Of a stretch of DNA of 64,000 nt, positions 48,581 through 61,475 are shown in pieces. Source of the DNA: Lepidodermella squamata. Its lineage: Eukaryota > Animalia > Gastrotricha. The number at the start of each line of letters is the position of its first letter. The stretch's first letter is position 1. Location: assembly GCA_047495785.1 (NCBI GenBank), contig JBLDXI010000036.1, forward strand, positions 372,001-436,000, read 5' to 3'. The notes under the pieces are model-generated. The model was not told the DNA's origin. It did not search any database and saw only the letters and a list, made by a program, of their open reading frames with translations. The translations under genes and the position numbers were made by a program.

Positions 48581-51500
48581 CCCGGACTAAAAAGTTTCAT
48601 GTTGTAAACTCGTGTAAATGGGGTGAAAACACGTCCGTGTATTTTGCTGTAAAATGAGGGAGAAATGGTAACGAGTCCTATGAATTTACATGATCATTTT
48701 ATTGATTCAGCTCACACGAATTTACATTTAGACCATAATTGGCCGCCGTTCGCCCTGCGCTTCCACGGAATTACACGGAGTTGTGAGTCTGGTTGATTTA
48801 GCCGGAAACGTTGGAAAAACTTGTCTTGACTTGCTTCTCCCAGCTGAATCGTCAAACCTAAGTTTCCAACGACATTTCGCCGTTGTAAACTCATGTAAGA
48901 AGATTCAGCCGAGAAAAGCAAGTCAAGACAAGTTTTTCCAGCGTTTCCGGCGAAATCAACCAGACTCACAACTCCGTGTAATTCCGTGGAAGCGCAGAAA
49001 GATTGGCTCAACAATATAGAATTTTTCACACAGAATCGCAAATTAGGCACAAAAAATCACACGGACAACATCGTGTAATTCCGTGTAAGCACATGCAGAG
49101 CAGCGCAGAAAAAACAATGTTCACACAAAATTCGCAAAAATGAGAAAAAATCGAGAAAAATGATGTGATAAGCAGAGAATTGGCAACATGAGAACAGCAA
49201 GAGAATATGGCATTTTTCGAAAGAAAACGACGATATTCACAGCAAAAGCATTTTTCATGAAAATTTCAAATTCAATGATAATTCGCAAAAAGCACAAAAA
49301 ATCGTTTTTTTATTGTCTTTCTTCAGTGCATTTTTGCGCCTAACTGCGACTCATTTGGCGTTCCCAGTACAGCCAGAATTCAGCCTAAAATGAACAGCTT
49401 CAGTCCGCGGCTGCAACAGAATTCAGCTGAAAATAACGAAAAATGTAGCTGTAGTAGAAACGTGAGATCGAAGTTTGATCACCTGAATTTCAAAATCAGC
49501 AGCAGCAGCAGCAATAACACTGGGTCATGTACTTAGTCGGCGACAGCGGCCGATCTTGCGCAAAATCCCTGAAAATTAACACTATTCCAAAATTCAACTG
49601 AATGGAATGACAAAATCCGACCGTAGTTCCTTTTATATTTTAGATTAAATTTATAATTAAAATTGTTGGTCTTTTGAAGTAAAATGGCAAAATAACCTTA
49701 AGTTTTTCGAAGGCAGAAATACATTGCACATTTCTCCAGCTTGTCGTAGTTCTATTCAGGACCAAATTCTGGCCCAGCCTGATATAGGTGAGGGTGAATC
49801 CACGATCTTGTCAACTGGGGAGCTCAAAAATACAATTGGCATATGCCTCATATATTATATATTTTTAGAAAGCTGGTGATCTGAATTTTCATTTTTTGGC
49901 AATATTTTCTCTAAATTACCCGATTTTGACACATTGGACACTCTGTTACGTAACTCAGTATAAGAAGCCAATTTGGGTCAATTTTTCATGTTTTTTGCCC
50001 TTATTCTTATTCAAGCCCAGGTGTTTCCAGCTTTCAACGGCTGGGTAACTATTTCCGCCTATATGAGACGAGTGTTTTGCAGGTACCCGCGACCTTGCAT
50101 GATGTTTCATTACGCAACGACACCATGTAATGTCAAATTAGGTCAAATTTCTCTGTACGTCACGGAAAAAATGAAATTTCATCGCCAATCCGTGGAACCG
50201 GGTCCAATCAGCCCAAAACTTTTTATTCTCTTCCCTGGAACCCTCATTAACATTTTGTGATACTTGGCTGCCTGCAGAAAACTCCCAGAGATGATAAAAG
50301 TGCGTGACGTACAGAGGATTTTCTCATCGTGACGTACAGAGAAATGGTTATCAACGGAACGTTTCTGTTCACCTGAATTCTTAAAAATCATCCCAATGGC
50401 TGGAAATGGTTATTTTAATGGCAAGTGGCATAGAGTTAACTAAAAGAAACCGTTTTTGATGTTCCAACTAATGCTTGAAGCCTAATTATGAGCCTATCCA
50501 GATTTTGTGCTAAATGGTCAAATCTTAGTCTTTCCCGTCAGCCTCGTGCACCTCCCAAATAGGATCCTAAACCATGGGATGAGTGTTTTTTTGCTTATTA
50601 TACTATGTTCTATATATTTGTCGATGTTTTCGATCCGTTCGGTGCTCCTGAGGCGTTCAATTCTATCGCGAAGCTGGTGAACAGTATTTTTTAGCCTAAG
50701 CTGCAGCAGGTGAAAATATGAAATTCGATAATTGTAGCACCTACGGAGCTTTTAGAGGGTCGGAAACATTAAGAATCATTATAAACGATGTTTTAACTCA
50801 AAAAGGTTTACTAGGTTATCTGTAAAATTGAAAAAACCGTGATTCCTTAAATTTGTGGGGTCTCACGAGTGCCTAAAATTAGACCAATGAAACTTCCATG
50901 CTTAAGTGCAAAACCAAGCACAGAATTATATGCCAATAAGTTAGCTGCTGTCAAATGACGTCGAAAAATACCCAGATGATGATATATGAGCAAGCTACGA
51001 CGATAGGTAACATCTAAAAAATGGTCCTCTGTACGTCACGTTAGGGCTTCTCTGTACGTCACGGCGTTTTTCGGGCATCACTATTAAAATATGGATGATT
51101 AGCCCTTATTTTTTACCGGAAAACAAACTAGACGTTATACGCGAATTATGGGATGAAAAATGAAGCCTACAACCGCTTTAATTCAGAGGAAATCTAATTT
51201 GCAAAATCGAACCCAAAATTGCTGGATTTTTTTCTCTGTCTGTCACGCGACTTTGTATCGTCGACCAAGTCACGCCCGTTTAGTCTCCAGCTTAGATTTT
51301 GTACGCAAGGACGCAAAAAATCCTCCTCTTTCCAATGAATATAAATTTATGGGTGCTGAATCGCCTATTCCAACGCTAGCTCGCTTATAGCATCTCGAGG
51401 TGGTGGATTTTTCTCTGTACGTCACTCGTGCTGAGCATGAAAATGGCAATAAATATTTTTATCAAAAATTGTCTCACAAATTTCCAGAGATTATTTACCT

Positions 51501-54500
51501 TTTATCGCAGTATATTTTGAGTTCAACGACGCGATCATTCCATAATGCAGTCTTTCGAGGACACAAAAATCGTCCAGAGTAAAAACGTGAATTAATAAAA
51601 TAATTAAATACATTTAAGATGGATTGTGACTCACCACGTTTCAAGAAATGCGAGAGGCTCGGCGAAATTCGTGGCCATTGCCCACAAACTGTGATTCAGA
51701 AATTGAATTGAATGTAAATTATGCAAAAACAAAATAATTGTTTCAGATCTTTGCCCTCCTGAGATATTTTAGTTTTTATATGGTGAACATATTTTAATAT
51801 ATAATATTTAATATAATATTATATTATTTGGTCCTACCGGAACCAAATTTAAAAAGAGCGCAGCCAAAGTTACAGTAGCGGAACGAAATTTTGAAATTTT
51901 TTGGTGGCCTAAAATCACTTTTCGGATATTTCTTACGGGTCAAGATTGGCCACAATAATTGGAAAAAAAATCACCAGGAATTCAACTTAATCTATCAGAT
52001 AGAGTGTTCAATTCAGACTCTTCAGACTCTAATAGACTCTTGGCATATTTGAAATATAGCGCAGAAAGATTTTCCGGAAATTTACATTTTTTAATCTAAA
52101 ATTTGATCATGAAAAAAGCTGAACAAATCTCGAATTCTGCTGAGAAAGATGAGCAGTTATCTGAACAAATTTGGTAAGCCATTATGTTAGCAGCTGAAAC
52201 GCAAATTTTCTTTATATAAAAATCCCAATTCTAATCAGGAATTTTTTCAAATTCAAGAAAAGACATTTGAATAGAATTTTTCAAGTCACGTGATTGACAT
52301 TTGAAATTAACGGCTATTTTTATAAATTATGCATGCATTTCTGCATATGAGTGGTGTGAAACCATTAACCAGTTATGCCTTAACCTTCCCAAATTCACCT
52401 CGAACTATCGTATTCTAACAATATTATGTACCCTCAGCCGTCAACATTTCAATTTTCATCAATTAAAAATCCCTGATTAAAAGATAAAATCATACCGCTG
52501 AAAAACTTGAAGAATTTTTAGTCTAAGAAGCTGGCGATGGCGGTAGCAAACTTCAAAAACGAATCGCAAGGTTCAGAGTTTAGAGATAAAATACAGCTAA
52601 TATCTTGTTTCAATACTAGCCCAGTCGCTAATAATCGCCTATCCCTAATAGTAGCCCGGGCTTGAGAGTTGAAGTCGGCTCGAAAACATTAGCGATTAAC
52701 GATTAAGATTAATTTTCAATTTTTTTAAAACCTCAACGAAGGAATTTTAGTGTCCCGAACTGCTATTGGAACAAATACGGTAATAAGCAAGTTGAGTTGA
52801 GTGTCAAAAACCACGAAGAATTGTGATAAGAATCCAATCAATTAGTAGCTAAAATTATCTACGTTGCACTTACCTGTCGAAATCATAACTTACTCAGGTA
52901 GAAGTACAAATAGTTGGCTTCGATAGGCTGGAATACTCGCGGGGCCATTTCCGTAAAATCCGAAAATTGCCGGAAGTCCCGGAACTGACGAGAAGCGGCC
53001 AATCAATCATAAACGGGCAATATGGAGAATTATTTACTTTGCCTGCTTACCTTTGACCTCGCAAACGAAACGAGGTATGTAGAACAGCCTGTTTTTTAAT
53101 CAAAAAGCGAGCGACATGAAATAAAAAGTTGACCTGATTTTAAACGACGGAAAAATAGTGAACAGCTGTGTTGCTCTCATTCCGCTGAGTTTGTCTTAAG
53201 GCGCACGTGCCAGATGACACGTAACACATGGCCCGCTTCATTTAAAATTAGTTTTTATTTTATTTTTTCCTCAATTTTTTATCCCACTCATTTCTCATTT
53301 ACAAGGGATTTTCTCGTGACATGTAAATCGATCCGCAGCTCTTATATTTGCTGGGTACTTAGTATAGCCGAAGGCACGCTCTGAAATGAATTTTTTTAAA
53401 CAAAACTCAAGCTCGACATTTTTCGAGAATTTTTCTTGGATTTGGATAGAAGCTTAACTGATTTTTGGGAGGTTAAATTAAAAATCAAGAAAATTTGCTA
53501 ATAGATATAAAGAACTCATAGTTTGATTGGGATCATCTTTTTATCAGTTTTGGCCCTGGAATCAGAACTCCAACCGCATTTAAAATTATGAAAATAGATA
53601 TAAGATTTTTTCGAATTTTTACCTTTTCCTGAAATATTTTTGCAACCCTTCCCGTCTATTTTTTCGCTCGTGTGCAGCCTGTAAAATAATTAATAGTTAT
53701 ATTTTTCCTCCTGATCTTTCAGCTTAACAACTTTATTAACAAATTCACTCGCAGTACCAAAATAATTTTGAAAATTCATTATTTTTTATTCATTTTTATC
53801 CTGTAGTTGTGCCTTACGCCACATTTTAAGCCGAGATCGACTTGAGCAGACTATTTCCAAATTATTTTAGGAGAAAGCCCTGAAGTCAAGCCTTGAATTT
53901 CGTAAATTGCTGAATTGATTTTCCGGATTTTTTTTTGATTTGTCATCTAATAAAGTTTCCCTAGCTTCTCCCAGTTCTAATTGGAACGTCGATATTGTCA
54001 TTAGAATATTCCGCGCTTCAGAATTGGACACATAGTCCTAACAGAGTGCCATAAGAAACCTATTCGAACTTTTCTGCAAAATATTGCTCAAATTAGTACG
54101 AAATTTTCCGTTCTTTTCCAAATTGTTCTCTTTTGGCATAAAATACTACATTATTTAATACATCAGCGCTAAACTTAACGGCTGCGGAATAAGCTTCCCG
54201 TAATAAGAACATAATGTTGAGCTTTTTTAATTTTTAATTTTAATCGACGTTGTGGGATCTTGCTGATAACTAAATACGCAACCGATTTCGAGATTTGGAT
54301 GAAACCCAAATAATGGTTAAAAAAATCATTAATTTCAGCTTTTAATTTCTACCCACCACTCTGATTTTTGTAAATTTTGGAAGCATTTATCGGTCACCAT
54401 AAAGACACCACTTGAAAATGACGAAAAATAGGTCAGACAAATTAATTTCATGACAAATAAAAAATTATAAATTTTGGAATAATCAGGAAATCCAATTCAT

Positions 54501-55507
54501 GAATTTTCCTCTAAATCTTTTAATTTTGATAAATTTCAAAAAGTTTCAAAAATCTCAAAAAATCGAAATGAAGCAAGCGCGTAATAAGGCAAAAATTGTC
54601 AAATTATTCTGTACAGAATTAAGAAGGAAAGCATTCTCAAATGTTCCTGAATTTTACTGATTTTCTGAAGTAAAGTCTTCACGCGAAAGAAAGCGAAATT
54701 ATTGGTAAAATCTTGACAATTTTGGTTATCATTTTTGCGCTGGATTCCCAACTCCGTTCTTTTCACGCGGTTCGGCGTTTGGCGTAAATAATAAAATACG
54801 CTAAAATTTAACTTGGCCTATTTTTTCACCATTTTTGCATCCTTAAAACTCCAATCTCCTAATTTCGTTTTTAGTGAAAATCACCTAAATTTCAAAAATT
54901 TCTTCATTTCGAGATTCATTATTGAAAATCAGTCCACATGAATTTACACGGTGATTTTTGAGCTCAAAATTGCCAGTATTTCTCATTTTTTACTTCGTGT
55001 ATTTTGATGTAACTACTCTGATTTCTCCAGAGCCGAAGTTTTCTTGAAATTCCTCTAAATTTCCGATCGTGTAATTTCATGTAATGTCAATTGCGGCTCG
55101 GACTTGAAAATTATAGCAGTAAAATGAGGGTATTATCGGCTGAATTTCCAAAATTTATTTATTTTTTGTTCAATCGATCTTCCTACATGAGAATACAACG
55201 TCATTTTCTGGATGTAAAATGATGTGAGGATATTCCAGTCGAAAAATCGTTCAGCTTCCATTGAAATACATCGAAGAAATAACTGAAGGACGAAAATCCA
55301 TGAGTTTACATGACCGAATTTCAGGGTTTACACGAATATCCATGAGTTTCCTCAGCCAAAAAACGACAAACCCTGTTTTACAACGCTGAATTCCGGATCG
55401 CTGAGCTGGTTCCTGATCTGCTTACATGAAAACACCCAAATAAACTGCTAAATACCTCAAAATACAGGAATTTACAATGTTAATTTACTCAAACTTTTTT
55501 GTCCGGG
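48581..55507. mobile_element. 6.9-kb non-autonomous TIR element, CMC (CACTA/Mirage/Chapaev)-like
   Basis: AA|CCCGGACTAAAAAGTTT...AAACTTTTTTGTCCGGG|AA; 2-bp TSD supported by the empty site near 4866; TTACAC/TTACAT subterminal repeats; no transposase ORF seen. Confidence 0.8.
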
Positions 55508-55795
55508 AATCGATATAATGATTGAAACAAATGGGGCTACATTTGAGTAGATCCAATGACATTGAATGACTCGGAAAAATCTTACAAAAAGTCTGATTCA
55601 ACAATCCTTGACAGTTTTCTACCCAAATAATTTACTTTTTATAACTGCTGATAACAACTTCTCACTGTCGTAGCATTTACTTTTATTGTAACCTCACACC
55701 TCACACCAATTGTTGACTTGACAATGTAAGCGGGCTGCTGCTCTCTCCTCGTATCACCCATCAGCCTTTCCGAATGGCATGCATGCGACTCCAGC

Positions 55796-56106
55796 CTAAT
55801 GCTGACTGCATGATTTTCTTCCATTTTGACTTCTAACAATGCCACGCTTGCCGTCCTTCGGCTGGTTCAGCTTCCTCGCGGCCGGATGATCCGCGGCAGA
55901 TCAGAGAGAGTTAGAGCTTTTCACCAGTTTGCCCTTAACATTCCCATACAATTGGCATGTATCTCCTACCTTTTCCTTTTGTTTTGCGGCTGACACGAGA
56001 GTAACAGCGGCCTATGAGGAAAAGAGAGGAAAAGAAGCGTTAGGCTACAATGAATGAAGTTGAGAGGCTTCTCACCAAAAGGACGATCGCCAAGTTTAGT
56101 TGCCAT
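55796..56106 (-). pseudogene. Cys-loop peptide precursor copy B' (frameshifted)
   Basis: 5-nt deletion in exon 1; AAVTLVSAAKQKEKVGDTCQLYGNVKGKLVKSSN then frameshift; deletion of about 30 nt in domain 2. Confidence 0.7.
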
Positions 56107-56648
56107 TAGTAGCATTACAGTCCGGCTTTGCAGGATCAAAGTCCACGTTTAGCAGATTAATGGCATTACTGCGCGTTTTTCTACTGCGTGCCCTGTGCTT
56201 GCCAGATATTTCGATTCCAAGTCCATCTGGGCGTCATAATTGATGATTAAGCTTAAGGGCTGACATCTGACCTGATGCCTTATCAATGGTGGCGGCGGCG
56301 AGACTGATGCAAGAAATTCAAAAATTTTCCTGATGAAAATATTTCAACGCGTGTTTCAGCACTCAAATTGATGATACGAACTATTTTAAATTGTTGAGTT
56401 TATCCTTGACAGAATCGAAGCCATACGTGGAAGTATTTTTCCTGGGCTGCATGAAACTTGGGTTACGCGTGATGTAAAAAGGTTTCAATCACTGTGGATT
56501 GTGGGCTAGCAAATTTCCACTGTCCCAGATTTCATTTTTATTGCAACACAGCATCACGACGAGTTGACAATGTAAATATACATTCACGAGCTTGCTGCTC
56601 TCTCCTCATCGCACCCAGCAGCCATTTCAAATCGCATGCGAGTCCACC

Positions 56649-56962
56649 TTAGTGACGTCTGCAGACTTTTTTGCCTTTGCGATGCCTAACAACGCCAGGC
56701 TTGCCGTTCTTCCTAGTGCACTTTTCCCCGTCTCGTGCCGTCTCCTCCGCCTGTGCCGGTAGACATGGCGCAAGCCAGTTTGCCGTCAAACCTTTTTACC
56801 ATCACACCCGGATTACCACGGCGATAACAGCTCTCCTTCATTTCTTTCTGCGGCTGTCATGAGAGTAATAACGGCCTATGTGGAAATGAAACATTAGGCT
56901 ACAAAGAGTATACGTCAAGTTCTCACCAAAACGACGATCGCCAATGTAAGCTTAGTTGCCAT
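56649..56962 (-). pseudogene. Cys-loop peptide precursor copy E (two frameshifts)
   Basis: MATKLTLAIVVL|AVITLMTAAERNEGE/CYRRGNPGVMVKRFDGKLACAMSTG/QAEETARDGEKCTRKNGKPGVVRHRKGKKVCRRH*. Confidence 0.7.
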
Positions 56963-58675
56963 GAGTAGTTAAACGGTTAAAACAAAATATTTCGACTTTA
57001 TCTTGAAGATGGAAATTTGAATAATGATGCACTGAGCAAAGTTGGGCTGCATTTTCAACAATTTGCTTGTCATTCCGTCTCTACGTCAGCCGTGGATTGC
57101 TTATTTGTCATTTCAGTTGCTTTATGAATAAGCATCAAGACTGTAAGTCAGAGCTGAGCGACTGATTCAACAAATTGAAGAAATTATCATAATATCAAAC
57201 AAAGATGGAAAATTGGCAGAGGCGTCGGTATAACGGTGTAAAGTTCCAAGTGCATTCATAATTTAATTGTGAAGGAAGCGAAAAACATAATTATTCAATC
57301 GCAAAATTACTATTTTTCATGGACCTTGGAATTTATGAATTTTCTGTTGAGAAGTGAACAGTGAACTTGAAGATCGAAAATCGCGAAGCCAATGAGGTAG
57401 GACATCCTGACACATGTAGAGACATAAGACATAAGACAGTGTACAAAATCCCGGAAGCAACGCTATGAAACCAGCAAGGTATGTAATACGAACGCCATGG
57501 AGCGAAGACAAGGGCCAAGCAGACACAGAACCGAGATCTCGGCAACCGAGACAAGCTATCCAGCGACTTGGAGTCAAACATCAACGAGGCTGCCCCAATC
57601 AACGCTTGACCGTGAACAAGGAGATGTGTTGCCATAAAGCGAGCCATTAGCAAATCGCACGAGCCAGGGCTGACCCTGAACGTAAGGGCGCAATGTTGAA
57701 GACGAACGTCACTGGTAATAAGCTGAACGCCATTAACATTGACCAGCGGAGCGCCAGAAATCATCGTTGAAGTCGATGTCGCAAATCCACAAGCGGGCTA
57801 GGGTGATACCATAACCACCTGAAAATTTCTATTCTTTGCTCAATCTAAACCGTCACTCGAACTTTCACAACACAGGATGGCGGTCCTAATTCATATTATA
57901 CTTGATGATTTTCATCGAAGAATCCAAGTCAAATTTTTGCTCAGACTATCGGTCTGCCAATTTATTCTGGTCTTGGCGAAACCAGACGTTTTTACCGTGA
58001 AGTAAGACCAAGACCCAGACCGAAATTAATACCAGGTCTTTATATCAAGACCAACGACCGCAGACCTTTATATTTCATTGTTGTCCCTCTCATCATTCTC
58101 CTCAGCCAAATTTTGAAAATTATTGGAATGGTTTATTTCCCAGGGCGTAACTAGTATTCTTTTGTTTTCGGTTATAACCAGTTTTCCATTTGTAACAAAA
58201 TTTTTCAAAGCGTGCTGGGGAAAGGCTTCTTGATTTGAGAAGGTGCGTTGAAATTGAAAATGCATGAAAGGAGTTAAACGAAAGCGTTGTTTACATAAGC
58301 CGCGTCACGTGGTGTTGAGCTGGCCCCTGGCTCGTTTTTTCTCAATCACGTTAACTACTGAAAAAAGCTAACAAGCTCCCATTGGTTTTCTGAATATGTC
58401 AAGTAGTCGGGTTGGTAGGGGCTCAATTCCGGGCCCCCCTTAGTTTCGTGCAGCCCCCAGCATTAATTGCGCAACCAAAGGGTAAAAATGGACTTGTGCG
58501 CAAGCGCTAATTCCGAATTTTTCAAAATTTCAGGGCCGCGCGCGCTAATGTCAAAGGGCTAGTTTTAATAAAGTAGGCGGTTTTTATACCAAAATATAGC
58601 TCAGACAATTCTCTACCGATTGAATATGGTGTTCTCGCGTGAAAAAATTAATGGGAAAAAGTTAAGTGTAAGCTA

Positions 58676-58845
58676 CAGTGCTCCCTCGTTAAAGGCACCC
58701 TTTTTATAAGACCGTTTTCTTATCGAGGGCTGTTTACGATAGGGAGAGGATTAGCGTCCCAGATGTTTCCAATTTTTTACTTTCTCATAATAAATGTTCG
58801 GCGACCTTGATAAAAGCACCCCTTGTTTAACGAACGGGTCCGACA
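58676..58845. mobile_element. Truncated inverted copy of the 15573-15749 MITE
   Basis: TA|CAGTGCTCCCTCGTTAAAGGCA... Confidence 0.75.
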
Positions 58846-59028
58846 CCGAAGACCAGGCTGAAAGTCTGTTTTTGCTGATTTTATATTTTCATATTATAAC
58901 CGTCAACCTATGACATCCGGATTTCGGTTTTACGGCGTCAAAAATGATAAAATCCGGATAACTCGTCATATTTCTACTCCATAATTATTGACAAAAAATG
59001 AACGAAACATCACCGCGGTTTATTTGAA

Positions 59029-59325
59029 TCAGTTTTTGCTATAGACTATAGTTTTCTCATCAAGTGGTTGTTCGAGTGAAGGCGCGCACTCCGCATATAG
59101 GTTGCAATTTGTTGAGCCAATAGTGATATCGAACGCGGCGCACTGTTCCGTGGCCGAGCATAGTTGAGCGCAGAATTCTGGCTTTGAGACAGTGTGACGA
59201 CGAAACTCTGGCGGCTTGCAGCGGTGACTCACAAGCGAGTAACTGGCAATGACCGGCTTTGAAAGATGGCCTGAGTCGAATTTCGGCGATGTGGCCTGAT
59301 TTAAACGATCCAAGGTGATTATTAC
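59029..59325 (-). pseudogene. PAN-domain gene lacking its start and signal region
   Basis: Intact PAN core; a deletion joins the ITLDRL region directly to the upstream block. Confidence 0.7.
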
Positions 59326-59687
59326 GGATGCTCGCAGTACATTCCTGTGTTATCAGCTGTATTTTTAGTGTCTGTCATCCGAAATATTGAATAATATTAC
59401 ATCGTCTATTTTCATGATTTTTATGGCTTGAATAAAACATAACTTTTGAAGTGATATTTCTAACAGATCCTTCGCAAAGTATTTGAAAGGAGAAGTAGGA
59501 TCCGGGAGCTGAGATGTTTTGGGAGGTGTTTACCTGTTTTTTAGGACCCAGCTGAAGAAACCAAAGGTTCACCCCTGTGGCTTTTCCAGCCCTCCTCTGA
59601 TTGTAGTCCCGGAGCTTGTTTGAATCATTTTCTTTAACCATCAAGTTTTCCCATTATAGCGTTCCCAGTTCTCAAGCCGTTTATTGC

Positions 59688-59994
59688 TGTTGGGGCCCGA
59701 GCCCGATTTCTACCCGTACGCGTTCGGGTCAGCCCGTACGCGGCCGGGTAACAGCACTTTACCACTCCGCGCTCGGGCCGGTTTAAAATTTACCCGTATG
59801 CGACGTTTACTGTAAATTTAACGAATTTCAACGAATTCCGCTTCACTGCACACGGGCCGGCCGAGGTGTTAGCCCGAGCACGGCGGAGAACAATGGGAAC
59901 CAGCGCTATTGTTCAGCGCTCGCGCACGCCGCACTCGGGCCGCCGGGCTCGGGCCGCCGGAATTTTGTCGCCTGCTAGTTGCCGTCCTACAACA
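59688..59994. mobile_element. GC-rich TGT...ACA MITE (Ginger-like ends)
   Basis: TGTTGGGGCCCG...CGTCCTACAACA; multiple copies in the window. Confidence 0.6.
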
Positions 59995-60449
59995 TAGTTT
60001 ATTACCTGGGCGCGGCCAAACACAAAACTGACTGTTTGGAATTCGTAGCAGAGTACCGACTTTTTTATTGAAATGAATGAAATGTCAATTTCCACTAAAC
60101 AGTATAATTTCCCGTTTCAATGTAAGGCATGGCGATGATTGAGCACAAGGATTGTAATAGCGATTTTTTTCACAACATCAATTCATGAAACTCAAAAGAA
60201 CTGAAGCATCAGGCATCAGGTTATATCCGTTATGCAAATGTGAATGAAAAGTTACACTGAGTTCACAAATTTTTAGAGATTTTTAGAAATTTGATAAATA
60301 AATGCAAGTGCGAAACATTTTTTCACATCAGAAATATTTAGACGACTCAACAATGGAAAGCAATGCTAGAAAAATTCATGCTTACAATGAAAATTGCGGC
60401 AGATATAAACATCTTTAACATAGAAAAATCAGAAATAGAAAGCAATGCA

Positions 60450-61475
60450 TCACTTGTTAGCGCAAGTCCTAGCCGAGTGGCACCGGGACTGGCAGAGGCG
60501 GCCGTTGTTCTTGCAAGGACAGTACCGCTTGTCGCACGCCGTTCGACACTGGCACGGCTTTGCAGTTGTGACACCAGCATCAGCGCCGGCCTTTGCAGCT
60601 GCCGTTCGCAAGGTGAGCCCCTTGTCTGCAGGCACCTTGTCAATTGTTAGGTTCGATGATTTGATCGGCTCGACTTCGTGCCGCATGAAGCTGCGAGAAA
60701 TTACACCGTGTTCAGTTCCAATAATATAATCGCCGTAGTCGCCGATTCGCATGACCACTCCGATTAGGCGCCGCGGTTCAGTGTGGTGCCGATCTTCTTT
60801 CGGGATCGGTACGGCAACCCGGGTTCCAACTTCCAACACGGGGTATTTTCGACGAACGGCCGTCAACATTCGATCGGCTTGCTTGTTCAGGTTGCTAGAA
60901 GCAGCAACCCGAACTTCGGCCTGACTTTGCTGATGTAAGCAAAGATCGCATAGATCTTCAGTCGTCTCTCGGCTGCTGCAATTATTGCATAGATGGAGAA
61001 CAGCCGAGATGCTGGTTGAAGAGACAGCGGACGAGCTGGAGGCTGAGCGGGCCGATGATCGGGCGGATGACAGTTGAGCCATTTCAACCGGTCCGATAGT
61101 CGCAAAGCTAGAAGGTGCTTCCAAGACAGGACGAGCGATGGGGGCGATATAAGCGACGCAATCGTCGGTCAAAATGTCACGAAGAACGGGATCGCGATGA
61201 ACGTCTTCGGGATTTTGGTGAGACGATGATTCATTCGAGTAGCTTGGCAAATCGATCGATTGCACAGACTTCGATTTGTTCGACGGTTGACCGCTCACGC
61301 CGGAAGCCGAAGCAGATGACACGGTGCTGGTGTGATTTTGATGGGCCTCGTCGACGCTGGGACCTTCGTTACCAGGCGCTGAAAACCTGTGCGAGCTGGG
61401 AATCGACGAGAGGAGCAATTTTCGCGACTTTAGCCGGGGTAGCTTCCATTTGCAAGCATTCTTCGTCGGAATCAT
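60450..61475 (-). CDS. C-terminal part of a Ginger2/KRBA2-like integrase-type transposase (DDE core not seen)
   Basis: QADRML..VG..VAVPIP..DR....R.LIGVV...YIIGT.HG and terminal CQC..CDKRYCPC....CQSRCH...CANK. Confidence 0.6.
   Translation of the reverse strand: MIPTKNACKWKLPRLKSRKLLLSSIPSSHRFSAPGNEGPSVDEAHQNHTSTVSSASASGVSGQPSNKSKSVQSIDLPSYSNESSSHQNPEDVHRDPVLRDILTDDCVAYIAPIARPVLEAPSSFATIGPVEMAQLSSARSSARSASSSSAVSSTSISAVLHLCNNCSSRETTEDLCDLCLHQQSQAEVRVAASSNLNKQADRMLTAVRRKYPVLEVGTRVAVPIPKEDRHHTEPRRLIGVVMRIGDYGDYIIGTEHGVISRSFMRHEVEPIKSSNLTIDKVPADKGLTLRTAAAKAGADAGVTTAKPCQCRTACDKRYCPCKNNGRLCQSRCHSARTCANK

Larger units (their letters stand above)
44911..55958. repeat. Segmental duplication copy 2 (interrupted by a 6.9-kb insertion)
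   Basis: Colinear with 541-5351 once 48581-55507 is removed. Confidence 0.9.

Noticed and set aside
55796-56106. Compensating frameshifts (-5 and -1) restoring copy B'
   Set aside because: The shifted frame hits TAA (TGT TAA) before the second frameshift
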